Shown here piece after piece: positions 38,867 through 51,482 of a stretch of 64,000 nt of DNA. Every line of letters begins with the position of its first letter. The first letter of the stretch is position 1. Under the pieces are notes generated by a model, which searched no databases, was not told the DNA's origin, and worked only from the letters and a program-made list of their open reading frames with translations. A program made the translations under genes and the position numbers. Source of the DNA: Octopus vulgaris (lineage: Eukaryota); NCBI GenBank assembly GCA_951406725.2, contig OX597835.1:45136001-45200000 (forward strand). The letters are read 5' to 3'.

Positions 38867-39008
38867 ATACCAAACTCATTCCCTATGGATACCGTATTTA
38901 TTACAACTCGTGGCTTGTAAACGTATCTAACTTGCTTTCGCTCGTTAGATACGATTACAAGCCACTCGTTGTAATAAATACGGTATCCATAGGGAATGAG
39001 TTTGGTAT
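38867..39008. repeat. 142-bp hairpin palindrome
   Basis: ATACCAAACTCATTCCCTATGGATACCGTATTTATTACAAC... and its inverse; a few symmetric mismatches; loop TTTCG. Confidence 0.95.
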
Positions 39009-39212
39009 TCTCTATGTATCCCACACTTGAAGTTTTACCATTCGAATGAATTCAAGTTGAACTCGTTCTGCAAATTCATATCGAATGCCAGAAGTAAATT
39101 TCCATTGGAAGAAACGCAACAATTATATTTTAGTGTCTGTTGTTACAGAAGAGAATTTATTGCATGAAAACTGCTATAATTTGTTTGTATTAGGACTTGC
39201 TTTGTGTAATTG

Positions 39213-39622
39213 ATATTTATCTCTTTATTGCCCACAGGGGGCTAAACAAAGAGGGAACAAACAAGGAAAAAGGGATTAAGTCGATTTTATCGATCCCAGT
39301 GCGTAACTGGTATTTATTTTATCGACCCCGAAAGGATTTTAGGCAAAGTCGACATTGGCGGAATTTGAATTCAGAAACTAAAGCCAGACGAAATACCATA
39401 TTTCTTTACTACCCACAAGGGGCTAAACACAGAGGGAACAAACAAGGACAGACAAACAGATTAAGTCGATTATATCGACCCCAGTGCGTAACTGGTACTT
39501 AATTTATCGACCCCGAAAGGATGAAAGGCAAAGTCGACCTCGGCGGTATTTGAATTCAGAACGTAAAAGCAGACGAAATACCCCTAAGCATTTCGCCCGG
39601 TGTGCTAACGTTTCTGCCAACT
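39213..39622 (-). mobile_element. Tandem dimer of the Tx1-tailed SINE
   Basis: Monomer at 39398-39622, then a second unit that restarts at GGTATTTCG (39397). Confidence 0.88.
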
Positions 39623-39932
39623 TTATATATGTATGACATCAAAATTTATGCATGTTCGACATTAAAATTCATCCTGTAGTGATGCATCAATTCACGAGTT
39701 CTAGAGTTGTGGGAAGCGTGTGGTTGCACACTATTTATCATTAAGCTCAGGTCCGCTCTGAACCGGAACATTAGTATCTCTCAGTATCTCGTCTATGGGT
39801 TTAACAGACTTCTCAGAGGCAGAGGAGGTTTGCCTTGATTTTGCCGAAAACCTGGGGAAGGCAAATCTTGTGAGAGAACGATACTCTGCCATAATAGTGT
39901 CAAAAGATTATATATATATATATATATATATA

Positions 39933-40156
39933 CGGGGTGGCCCAAAAGTAAGTTTTCAGTTATTCAACTATCTCTTTCGCATTCATATATTTACAGTTTA
40001 GATCTTAATTATAAAAATATATGAAACCATTATTCTATGCTAATTTAGTTAATTATTTTAAAGGTCCCTTTTCAGTTTGTAAGATAGAAATTTAAATGTA
40101 ATAAAATGTTTAAAGTGCCTACGTGACAACTGTAAGCCTACATTTGGGCCACCCCC
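39933..40156. mobile_element. Tc1/mariner-type MITE
   Basis: TIRs CGGGGTGGCCCAAAAGTAAG...CAGTT and AACTG...CTACATTTGGGCCACCCC; TA at the left end. Confidence 0.7.
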
Positions 40157-40234
40157 ACTCTCTCTATATATATATGTGTGTGTATATATATATACTCGTG
40201 TGTGTATGTTTATGTGTGCATGTGTTTATGTATA

Positions 40235-40289
<55 letters not shown>

Positions 40290-40293
<4 letters not shown>

Positions 40294-40713
40294 AATAGTA
40301 AAAAGTGAAAAAACTACAGAAGGCTTGTTTTAAAAGGTTAAAAAATATATATTTGAGTCATTATGTCAGAAGAATGTTATAAATTTTTTTCATAGGTGTG
40401 ACATAGTTTTTTAAGGAATTACCGGTTTCGTGTATAACTTTTCAAATTTCTCAAAACATCGTGTTATGACTTCGTTATGACTTCATAACGAAGTCATAAC
40501 ACGATGTTTTGAGAAATTTGAAAAGTTAACACGAAACCGGTAATTTCTTCAAAAATTATGTCACTGTATGAAAAAATTTTGTAACATTCTTCTGACATAA
40601 TGACTCAAATATATATATTTTTAACCTTTTAAAACAAGCCTTCCGTAGTTTTTTCACTTTTTACTATTTTCTATATATTCAACCACGTGCTTTCACACAC
40701 CAACTTTCTCACC
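40290..40713. mobile_element. ~380-bp palindrome, Penelope-type inverted end with degenerate hammerhead core
   Basis: Arms 40290-40480 and 40483-40672; GAAAT-TTGAAAA-GTTAACAC-GAAA-CCGGTA-ATTTC at 40513-40547. Confidence 0.65.
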
Positions 40714-40725
40714 TATATATATACA

Positions 40726-40905
40726 CTTTATTTAAAGCAGTAGAAAAATCAACAAAACCTGTTACTCTGAGTTTCCCGTTGCCGTTCCTCAGAGTAACAG
40801 GTTTTGTTGAATTTTCTGCTGCTTTAAATAAAGCATATTACTCTACCTCTGGTATTTGAGTACTCTTTTTTCCACCTTGTTTCACATTTATGTGTTTACT
40901 CCGGT
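40726..40905. mobile_element. Penelope-type inverted terminal repeat (63577 family), centre deleted
   Basis: CTTTATTTAAAGCAG...GTTACTCTGAG and its inverse, followed by the same unique flank as the 63577 copy. Confidence 0.75.
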
Positions 40906-41298
40906 ATTATATATATATATATAGGTATACATAAACACATGCACACATAAACATATGTCGCGTCTTGTCCTTACCCTCCACGCTGAGTAGATTAATCAGG
41001 GACAACAGAAGAAGGGGAATATTCTTTATGTTGTATGTCTCGTTTTTCTGTTTTTCGTTGTTTGAAAAAAAGTTCGTTTCTATATATTTGTTTTTATGTT
41101 TTCGTTTCTCATCGTGTTCCAACGTTTATTTTTTATGTCCTGTACCCATATATGCATGTATATATACATATATAAGTAGGTATTTACTTATATGTATGTA
41201 TATATGCATATATTTATATATTATTTATATTATTTTTTTTTCTCTAGTTTCAGCTCAAAGCTGCGGCCATGCTGATGCACCGCCGTTTTTTATTATGT

Positions 41299-41395
<97 letters not shown>

Positions 41396-41649
41396 GACGC
41401 GCACTCACACATATATGTATATATCTATATATCTATATATATGCGTGTATATATAGATATACACGCGCACACACAAGGTATAAGACATTTGTGATTTATA
41501 TATTATATGGTTACCTTCTGAATGCCACCCGTAAGCAATACTAATCAAAATCCTTCCCCGTGCATTACCGCATCATTACTGAGTAAAATATATAGAAACC
41601 GATATTGAAAAGACATGTGCAGGAAATACACTTTTTAATATGCTTTCAG

Positions 41650-41671
41650 GATTCTGGATGACATTATCAAA
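41650..41671 (+). other. Candidate 22-nt micro-exon (ILDDIIK)
   Basis: TGCTTTCAG acceptor, AAA|GTAAGG donor; a paralogous copy at 34087-34108 reads LLDDIIK. Confidence 0.4.
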
Positions 41672-42215
41672 GTAAGGAATGGTATTGATTCAATATACAT
41701 CTTGTGTTTATCTAGATTTTAAAATCCTAATATTTATTTTTAGACTAATTGAAGGTTGTGCATTTGCGTTAGTCTTCTTATGTATTTAGACTGTAAATAA
41801 AATTAGCGAAGAGGCTTTGACAAAGGCTAAAGATGGCAGCTGAATTTTCTCCAAACAATCCTTACGTTATTAAAGAATGTAGAAATACGGTTTGATGGTA
41901 TAATCTGAGATGTATAATATTTATGATGTAATTTAATTGGACGGTCACCATTGGAAGGATTTCACTGATCTGTTTGCTTATTCATAGTGAAAATCTGCCT
42001 CAAACAACTGCAACTGTTAAGTCTGTTTCCTAAGTGGATGATTTGCACATATAGGAAAAGATAAAATGAAAAGTTGACTACGGCGGGATTTGAACCCCGA
42101 ACGTAAAGGCGAACGCCCAACAGATTCGCACGAATACATTGTAGTCAGTGTTTGGATTCCCGCTGTTCATCGTGTCTGTGATAATCAGTAAGCAACCGCA
42201 GGCAATATGTTTGCT

Positions 42216-42735
42216 GGTGGTGAGTTGGCAGAATAGTTCGCACGCCGGGCAAAATGCTTAGCGGTATTTCGGCTGCCGCTACGTTCTGAGTTCAAATTCC
42301 GCCGAGGTCGACTTTGCCTTTCATCCTTTCGGGGTCGATAAATTAAGTACCAGTTACGCACTGGGGTCGATGTAATCGACTTAATACCTATGTCTGTCCT
42401 TGTTTGTCCCCTCTGTGTTTAGCCCCTTGTGGGTAATAAAGAAATAGGTATTTCGGGTGTCGTTACGTTGTGAGTTCAAATTCCGCCGAGGTCGACTTTG
42501 CCTTAAATCCTTTCGGGGTCGATAAATTAAGCACCAGTTATGCACTGGGGTCGAAGTAAACGCCTTAAAACCTATGTCTGTCCATGTTTGTCCCCTCTAT
42601 GTTTAGCCCCTTGTGGGTAATAAAGAAATAGGTATTCCATCTGTCTTAATGCTTTGAGATTAAATTACACCGAGGTCGACTTCACCTTTTATACTCCACG
42701 AAACCGCTGGCCTTGTGCCAAAATTTGAAAGCAAC
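42216..42735 (+). mobile_element. Stack of three Meta-domain-like SINE units (two Tx1-tailed, one older type)
   Basis: AAAGAAATA|GGTATT junctions at 42447/42448 and 42630/42631. Confidence 0.88.
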
Positions 42736-43200
42736 CTTTTATCTGAAGTTATAAACAAGAACATTGCTCTTGTTAGATTGATCATTGCAGTGTACCTTCG
42801 TCTGGTGAGACCCAATTCTGTTGAAACACCGGGTGCGCCAGTGTTGTTAGAGAATCGAGTATTTTATGAACTCAGTCTCTTCTGAAGAAGAGGTTGTTCT
42901 CTTCTGACAAAACTCATCAGCAATTAGCGTATTCACGCGTGAATCTGTCGGATGGTATTAAAAATAAATTCGCAAATCATAGTTATGCTTCTCGCTTTTA
43001 CAAATAATATGATGATTTATTAGATATAATGATTATAAAATTGAAGTTACGTGCGTTTCACAAGGCCGGGCTGGTTATTAAATAGAAGGAACACTATTAA
43101 ATATCTCCTTGTTTTGTTACATTAAAAGAGCTTCGTTTATAAGCAAGGGTTAACGCATCTAAACTCGTGTTTTCTTTATAATGTCTATTCGTTTTTGTAG

Positions 43201-43217
43201 CTGGAAGAGTACTTCTG
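43201..43217 (+). other. Candidate 17-nt micro-exon (LEEYF)
   Basis: TTCGTTTTTGTAG acceptor, CTG|GTATGT donor; phase-compatible with 41650-41671. Confidence 0.33.
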
Positions 43218-43589
43218 GTATGTAGTTCTATTGTTTCCGGACTTCTTCTTTCATAATTTGTTAGGTGTAAAGTCCAGAGTATTTTAAGAAAATGCCTATA
43301 GGTATCGAAACAGCTGCATTAGGCTTATAACTTATATGCAATTAGCCGTATGCGATAGATAAAAAGTGGACTGAAATTTAGGAAGATTGCAAATGCATTA
43401 AAAAGTAAGAGTCTTAGACGTTGTAGATTCAGCCCCAAATCTCAACCAGAATGTTCTTCATCAGCTGAAGACAAGAGGCTTTAAAAGGTGGGAGCGAAAC
43501 CTGAAAAGGTGAAGAATACCTTCAAGAGAAGTTAGGTTTGTCAAGATAGAAACAGAATACATTATTGGCCTACCTCATCAGCAACAAAA

Positions 43590-43780
43590 AGAGAACACAC
43601 ACACACGTATATACACACGACGGGCTTCCTTCAGTTTCCCTCAAATAAATCCACATACAAGGCTTTGGTCGGCCCGAGGCTATAGTAGAAGACTTTCCCA
43701 ACGTGCCATGCAGTGATACTGAACCCGAAACCATGTGGGTGGGAAACGAGCTTCTTATGACACACCCAAATCTGTGCCCC
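43590..43780 (-). mobile_element. 5' half of the abundant SINE
   Basis: ACAAGGCTTTGGTCGGCCCGAGGCTATAGTAGAAGAC match. Confidence 0.8.
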
Positions 43781-44269
43781 TCTGTAAATGAAACTGATGA
43801 CGGCAAATTTTCCTTGGAAATCTTATTAAATATGGTCCCCTATTAAAGCAAGAATTTAAATCAGATGAAACTTCGTATCAGTCGAGTGCAATATGGAATA
43901 GAGTGAACCTTGGCCGTATGGTCACACGTGTGGACTTGCTTTATATATTTTTTTAATGCGGTTACATAGAAGGAATTTTAAATATGGCGTGAGTGAATTT
44001 AAATCTGGCGATACATTGATGTAATCATACGCTCCGTTGGCTTCAATTTAAAATATAATATCAATATCGCCATTAAAAGTCTCAACGGTTATGCAAAGCA
44101 CAGATGCTGATAGAGCATTTGATGCGTAAAAACAAATAGTATAATGAAGTCTGTCCCTAAGTAACGTGGTGAGACTAGAAGTTTTAAATTAATTAAAATT
44201 ATACCCATAATTACTATGAAAAAAATACCATTATCTTGCTGAATAAATCAGGAATTTAAATTATATAAG

Positions 44270-44880
44270 ATCACCAGAAATGCTATAGAGTTTACTGGAC
44301 TGGGTACAAAATGCAGAGAAAGACTTCCAACTGGAAATCAATAGAAAGACGATAAAACTCATGGCAGAGACAAAATACCAGAGGAACACAACAGTCAATG
44401 ACAAAGCGTTGCTTTTTGAAACAGATGATTATGTTCGAATATATCGCTATCATTGAACCATCGGGAGGTGGAGGTCATATGACGCGGAACAGCATGAGGA
44501 GATGATTTCAAATCATTGGAATCAAATTCAATCTCTTGAAGTCTCTAGTTTGGCCTCCTGGTTTATTGTGCGGATATGAAAGCTGCAGACGCAAAGCGTT
44601 CGAAACAGCATGCTGCCGAAGAATATCGATTATCGGCTAAACTGGAAATCAAACAAACGTTTAAGTACTTATAGAAAGGGGGGAAACAAGTAGAATTTTT
44701 GCTAAACATGTGGAACAGAAAGCTGCAATTTCAGGGTGGGGGCTAGAACATTAGCATGAACGTCTTGAGAGGAGAGTCAATGTGAAACAAGGAATGGGCT
44801 GAAAAGACGCCGGTGGGGGGACCAGACGGTCTCTTTCCGAATGTACAAATATGGCCAGAGGCAGGAAATGTTGGATGATG
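44270..44880 (+). pseudogene. Highly decayed RTE-like LINE RT/thumb region
   Basis: ELLDWVQNAEKDFQLEINRKTIKLM resembles the segment following YADD; many disruptions. Confidence 0.45.
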
Positions 44881-45086
44881 GGGATGATGCATATGTGTCT
44901 ACGGCTCCCGACTCTTATTTACTTATTTACTTGAGAAAGGGCTATGTGAATACACCCTTTGCGATACGTTTAAACACGAACTGTATCAATCTACTAAAAA
45001 GCAAGAGGGGGAGACACAGGGGGAAAGATACAAAGATACAGAAGAAATCTCTCTCCTATCATCTTGGTAGGACGATATACACACAC

Positions 45087-45167
<81 letters not shown>

Positions 45168-45268
45168 CAAAATTTAAAGGACAAACCACTAAAAGTGGAC
45201 AGTCAATATGCTAGATATAGACGTCAAAATCGCTATTTTCCACGAAGAATGTGTTCTGAAGAAAAAAA

Positions 45269-45313
<45 letters not shown>

Positions 45314-45657
45314 CATAATAAAACGAATGGTTTTGGCTGGTAACCCACTGGTAAAGCGCGGTCACTTTCAAAGTGATGGTTATGCATATGGCGAATGAAA
45401 GATGGAAGAAGCAGTGTACGAGAATTTATTATTAATCACGGCACAACGGGAAGTTACATTGCGGAACAGTGATGTTAACGAGTTGTATTTATTTATCACC
45501 AGACGAGAAACACCTGCACCGTTGGATGCTCCTGAACCAATGGTTGAACATACGACTCACGAGGATTCGATGCTTGTTGCGCCGAAATAATTATCGCTAT
45601 TAATAATATATTCTCGTATATTCCGTCTTCCGATTTTTATTTGCCGCGTGTATATAT

Positions 45658-45875
45658 GGAGGCGCAATGGCCCAGTGGTTAGGGCAGCGGACTTGCGGTC
45701 GGAGGATCGCGGTTTCGATTCCCAGACCGGGCGTTGTGTGTGTTTATTGAGCGAAAACACCTAAAAGCTCCACGAGGCTCCGGCAGGGGATGGTGGTGAT
45801 CCCTGCTGTACTCTTTCACCACTCTAAAAGGCGGTGCTCCAGCATGGCCGCAGTCAAATGACTGAAACAAGTACA
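45658..45875 (+). mobile_element. Chimeric SINE: GGAGGCGCAATGG head joined to the tail of the abundant SINE
   Basis: A box TGGCCCAGTGG, B box TTTCGATTCC; switches at ~45824 to AAAGGCGGTGCTCCAGCATGGCCGCAGTCAAATGACTGAAAC. Confidence 0.8.
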
Positions 45876-45894
45876 AAAAAAAAAAAAAAAAAAA

Positions 45895-45974
<80 letters not shown>

Positions 45975-45977
<3 letters not shown>

Positions 45978-46138
45978 CGCAGGAGTGGCTGTGAGATAAG
46001 TAGCTTGCTTACCAACGACACAGTTCCGGGTTCAGTCCCACTGCGTGGCAACTTAGGCAAGTGTCTTCTACTATAGCCTCGGGCCGACCAAAGCCTTGTG
46101 AGTGGATTTGGTAGACGGAAACTGAAAGACGCCCGTCG

Positions 46139-46191
<53 letters not shown>

Positions 46192-46410
46192 TTGTGTGTC
46201 TGTGTTTGTCTCCCCAACATCGCTTGACAACCGATGCTGGTGTGTTTACGTCCCCGTTACTTAGCGGTTCGGCAAAAGAGACCGATAGGATAAGTACTAG
46301 GCTTACAAGGAATAAGCCCTGGGGTCGATTTGCTCAACTAAAAAGGCGGTGCTCCAGCATGGCCGCAGTCAAATGACTAAAACAATTAAAAGAGAAAAAG
46401 AGAAAGAGAG
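45975..46410 (+). mobile_element. Abundant tRNA/CORE-like SINE, full length
   Basis: Matches the 29445 and 36392 copies. Confidence 0.92.
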
Positions 46411-46464
46411 ATATATAATGATCACCTCTCCTGTCGGAAGCCCAGCATCCGTTTATCTATGTAT

Positions 46465-46530
<66 letters not shown>

Positions 46531-46546
46531 ATCTATCTATGTATAT

Positions 46547-46601
<55 letters not shown>

Positions 46602-46849
46602 GCACACATATATACATGCATATATTTATATTTTCAAGTGGAAGTTTGACTGTAACTTCGAAACTTCATCAGATAGTGTAGATTCTATGTCACGCTCAAT
46701 CATATCTGTATAACATTTCATGAAAAGTAGCCAACTAAACGGTGGCGAGATGCTTCAATTTAATGTTCAAATCTAGCTTCCCATAACTTGGCATAAAGAC
46801 AAGCACACATAAACATAAGTACGTAAATATATCTGTATATATCTATCTA

Positions 46850-46987
<138 letters not shown>

Positions 46988-47084
46988 ATATACATATATA
47001 TACATGTATGTATGCATATATGTATATATATACATGTATATATATATGTATATATAAATATATATACATGTGTGTATGTATATT

Positions 47085-47129
<45 letters not shown>

Positions 47130-47870
47130 TTATATATATATATATATTGTGATGTGCGTGTGTGTTTGTGTACTTCAGTTTGTGAGCTGTAAGCGTCTGT
47201 CTGTGTGTACTTGGGGTTACTAAATACGTAAAGTACACACGAAGAGATCATTTTTATCTGTCAAATGGATTCTGTTTTTGAGTGTGTGGTTGAAGAAACA
47301 GAGACAGGAAGACAGAAAGTGAACGGGATACAGGAAGGGAGAGAGAGAGAGAGAGAGAGATAGAAAGAGTGAGAGAGAGAGAAAGATGTGTTTGTACAAA
47401 GGAGGTGAATTGGTAATTGGAACAAATCGCACTTCTGGGCGTGAAGCTAATATTCTTGGATTGAAATCTTTACCTGCCTGACACTGCATCTACTCCATCA
47501 CATTCTCAGACTATCCTATCTCGTCTTCTTATTTTTCATCTATTTCATTATTCTATCATAATTTTATTCCTTTATGTGTATTTATTAAATTTTTTGTTCG
47601 ATTTATGTCTTTTTATATATTTTGAGGAGAATATTGTGCGAGTCCCTATCGTCGTGGATGTCGTTTCGTTTTGTCTAGTTTTACATCTTCCTCTGACAGC
47701 TTGTCCGCCCATACCAGACAGCTTTCTGCCAGTAACAAGTACTTCTGTACATGTAAATAAACGTAGACACATAGATAAATGCCAAAGAAATAAATGTATT
47801 TACACTCTCTTGCATATACATGTAACTGTGACGAAAGGCTGTGGTCAGGTACACACATCCATACACACAC

Positions 47871-47911
<41 letters not shown>

Positions 47912-47912
47912 T

Positions 47913-47974
<62 letters not shown>

Positions 47975-48304
47975 AGGTATGGGGAGAGAGAGAGAAAGAA
48001 AGAAAGGTGAAAGTGTGAATATATATATATATACACACACATACACAAACACACATCTATATATATATAAACATATGTAAATGCATACACACTGACTTCT
48101 TCGTAGATATTCACAAATACACGATCACATAAAAATTCCCAGACACATTTACACACACACACATTATATATAGATTCGTAAGCGGGTATATATACCTACA
48201 TATACATATATATATACATACATGAACCTGTGTGTATTTATGAACTTATATATATATATATAAATATATATATACATGCGTTTAAATATATTTATATTTA
48301 CACA

Positions 48305-48345
<41 letters not shown>

Positions 48346-48799
48346 GCGCATAAGTATATGTATATATATATATATATACATGATCACTTGCATCTATATA
48401 CATGCACACATACACACACTTACATAACAGTGTGTATATTTGTATGATTATTTGCTTGTCTGTGTTTCGGTCTCCGAGCTGGTCCGTTTTGTCACATCGC
48501 CTAAATCTTTCCGGTCTGTTTTGTGAATATCAGACTGATCGGGAAAGCCATTCAATTTCCCAATTGTACTCGCCATGTACAGTGCAAACATTGCACCAAG
48601 ATTATTCACTGACAAGGAAGATTTATATGTTCATCAATTATGTGCAGTTGGACGCGAGGTTGTCATGGTAACTTGTGGAAGAAAAGGAGGAGTATTATGT
48701 TTAAGCAGTGGCAGCGAACTAAATAAGGAAAACTGGAGAGAGAGCGAGAGAGAGAGAGAAAGATAAAAAGAGGGAGAAGAGAGAATGGGGGGAGAGAGG

Positions 48800-48831
<32 letters not shown>

Positions 48832-49061
48832 AAGATGAGTGAAACAATAAAAGCAATGAATACAAGAAAATGTTTACCATTATTTTTATCTGCAGGGAAA
48901 AATCTATTCGAATTTATCATATTTGCACAAATACACACTCGCGCGTGCACACTTATATACATAGACACCATTTTACCAGCACATGGACACAAATATACTC
49001 ACATGCACACACACATAAACACACATATAATTATGCACAGCAATCGCCATGGTATATACAC

Positions 49062-50270
49062 ACGAGTGTGGGCTGAAATGTTCATAGGTTAACTATGAAG
49101 GAGTGATGCTAGATTTGTGAAATATTGCATGAATTAATTTCAAGGCTCCTTATTCATAACCACATCGTGTCTTTTCTGGTAGACTGATATCTGATTGTTC
49201 AAAGATGACGTGAAAGGAACTAATAGTGGCTTGTCTTGGAAATGGACAAACTTTGGCATCAAACACCAGCAGAAAAAGGGTTTAGCCCCAAGGACATTTA
49301 TGTTTCCATGGCTGCTGCATTAGGAGATGACCCTGCAGCTTTGTCAACCGTGCAAAATGGACACTAAATTTGGGAGGGCATGAATGAATTTTGAAGATGA
49401 CGCAAGGTGTGAACATCCTGCTGCTGCCATCACCGAAGAAAAGCATTGATCATGTTCATCACATGCTGATGGATGCAGGCAATTGACGATGAATCAAATA
49501 GTCAATGACATTAGTATATCCTAAAAGCGAGTTCGCCATGAATTGGGCATGATGAAGGGTTTTTCTCGGTGGTTTCCACTTCTTCCGGTACGTGATCAAA
49601 AGCGCACTGAGGAGATCACATCACGGGAGAACTGACATTGTGTTAAATACAGCTTGTTTCTTTGAAGTTTTCCTAACCCAGAATCAGTGCTTGGTTCATC
49701 ACTAAGAACAAGAGACAGTGACAATTCATGCAGTGGAAACACCACAGAGGACCAATGCCGTTTCATCTGCAGTGAAAGTGATGGCCCCAGTTTTCGGGAT
49801 GAAAACCGCAGCGTGTTTATTTTCGGAAAGGTTACACCATCGACGTAGGCTACGAAGTCAACTTGCTGCTGCAGTTACGAAAGACTATTAAGGTCAAACA
49901 TAAAAAAAAAGCTGAAAAAAAGCGCCTTTTTCGCCAGGACAGAGCTCTAGCTCACAAATCCTTGGTTTGAAAGGACGTTGGGCTGCTGTGCGTGACTGGC
50001 TTTGAACTGGTTAATCAGCGTCCCTAGTTTCCTAATTTGTCTCCATCTCATTATGATTTGTTCCGGAGATAACATAAAGTTCGGTTGGGAACCTATATCA
50101 CTGTGGTGATGACGTCATATCTACTGTTTACGACTATTTTGACCAACAGGCGGAAAGCTTCTTCTCCAATGGTATCGAAGCATGGACCACCGGTGGAAGA
50201 AGAGTGCGGACTGCTAGGGGAGATCAGGCTGAAAGATGAATCACATTTAGTCACATTTCAGCTGACCCTA
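49062..50270 (+). mobile_element. Decayed mariner
   Basis: Left end CGAGTGTGGGCTGAAA; remnants such as HELGMMKGFSRWFPLL (the WVP motif) and GFELVNQRP*FPNLSPSHYDLF (the YSPDLAPSD motif). Confidence 0.7.
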
Positions 50271-50437
50271 TTACGCAGATTACATGCATACAAACATACA
50301 CAGACGTACACACATACACACATGGATACATAAAAATATATACATACATACATTCGTACATATATACTACATATACATATATATATATATATATATATCA
50401 CGGTGATCACATATATACTATATATTCATATATATAT

Positions 50438-50737
50438 ATCACGTTGACCGACCAGACTATCACATGTTGCTACACATCGCTGGTCACAATGCACTTCGCA
50501 TTGTTTTAGCCTTCAAATGACGCTACCCCGCTGGCTAAGCGGGCAGGCCAACAGAAGAAAGTGTGAAAGAAAGTTGTGGCGAAAAATTACAGAAGTGCTC
50601 GCCCCACCCCTGCCGAAGCATCGTGGACCTTTAGGTGTTTCTTCTCAATAAACGCTCACAACGCCCGGTCTGGGAATCGAAACCGCGATCCTACGACCGT
50701 GAGTCTGCTGCACTAACCACTGGGCCATTGTGATTCC
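50438..50737 (-). mobile_element. GGAGGCGCAATGG-head SINE with a third type of tail
   Basis: Head matches 45658; 3' part is unrelated to the other copies. Confidence 0.8.
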
Positions 50738-50759
50738 ACACACACACACACACACACAC

Positions 50760-50875
<116 letters not shown>

Positions 50876-51072
50876 GAATACCAAAAATGGGACAACGCAA
50901 AACATCCAGACAGATAATACAGTTAAAGGGACAAGAAGAACAAATGACGGATCATTCGGAGTTTTCTTTCCTCAGTCGAGTTCTAGATTTTCCTTGCGAT
51001 TTCGGTTGGTTATGTATATACATATATATATATAGATACATACATACAAACAAACATCCACACAAATGTGTG

Positions 51073-51137
<65 letters not shown>

Positions 51138-51482
51138 GTATATACTAAAAATTAGTATAAACAATCATGCGGGATGTGCTCTAGTGGAAAACTTCAATAG
51201 TCACTAAATGTAACCAAGGGTTTTGAAGCACCTACATTGCTAGAAATCAGAGTTAAAGTACTGTTACTGGTATGGGAAAAGTGCAAATATATGCCGACCG
51301 GAGAGGTAACTCCAGCAGCCAGACTAGACCTAGGTTCGTCTATACCGTAGACATCGTCAGTGGTGACTGTTCGAATAGCTCATCGCCGGCTGCTTCCATC
51401 TGCCAGTACGTATATACTTGCCATTGAAATTTATGCATGAATTAGCGAAACGGTAATGCGTATACTAAAAATTATATATATA

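Noticed and set aside
41650-43217. MITF/TFE-family assignment for ILDDIIKLEEYF (resembles IDDIISLESSY)
   Set aside because: The match is too short and no bHLH exons were found.
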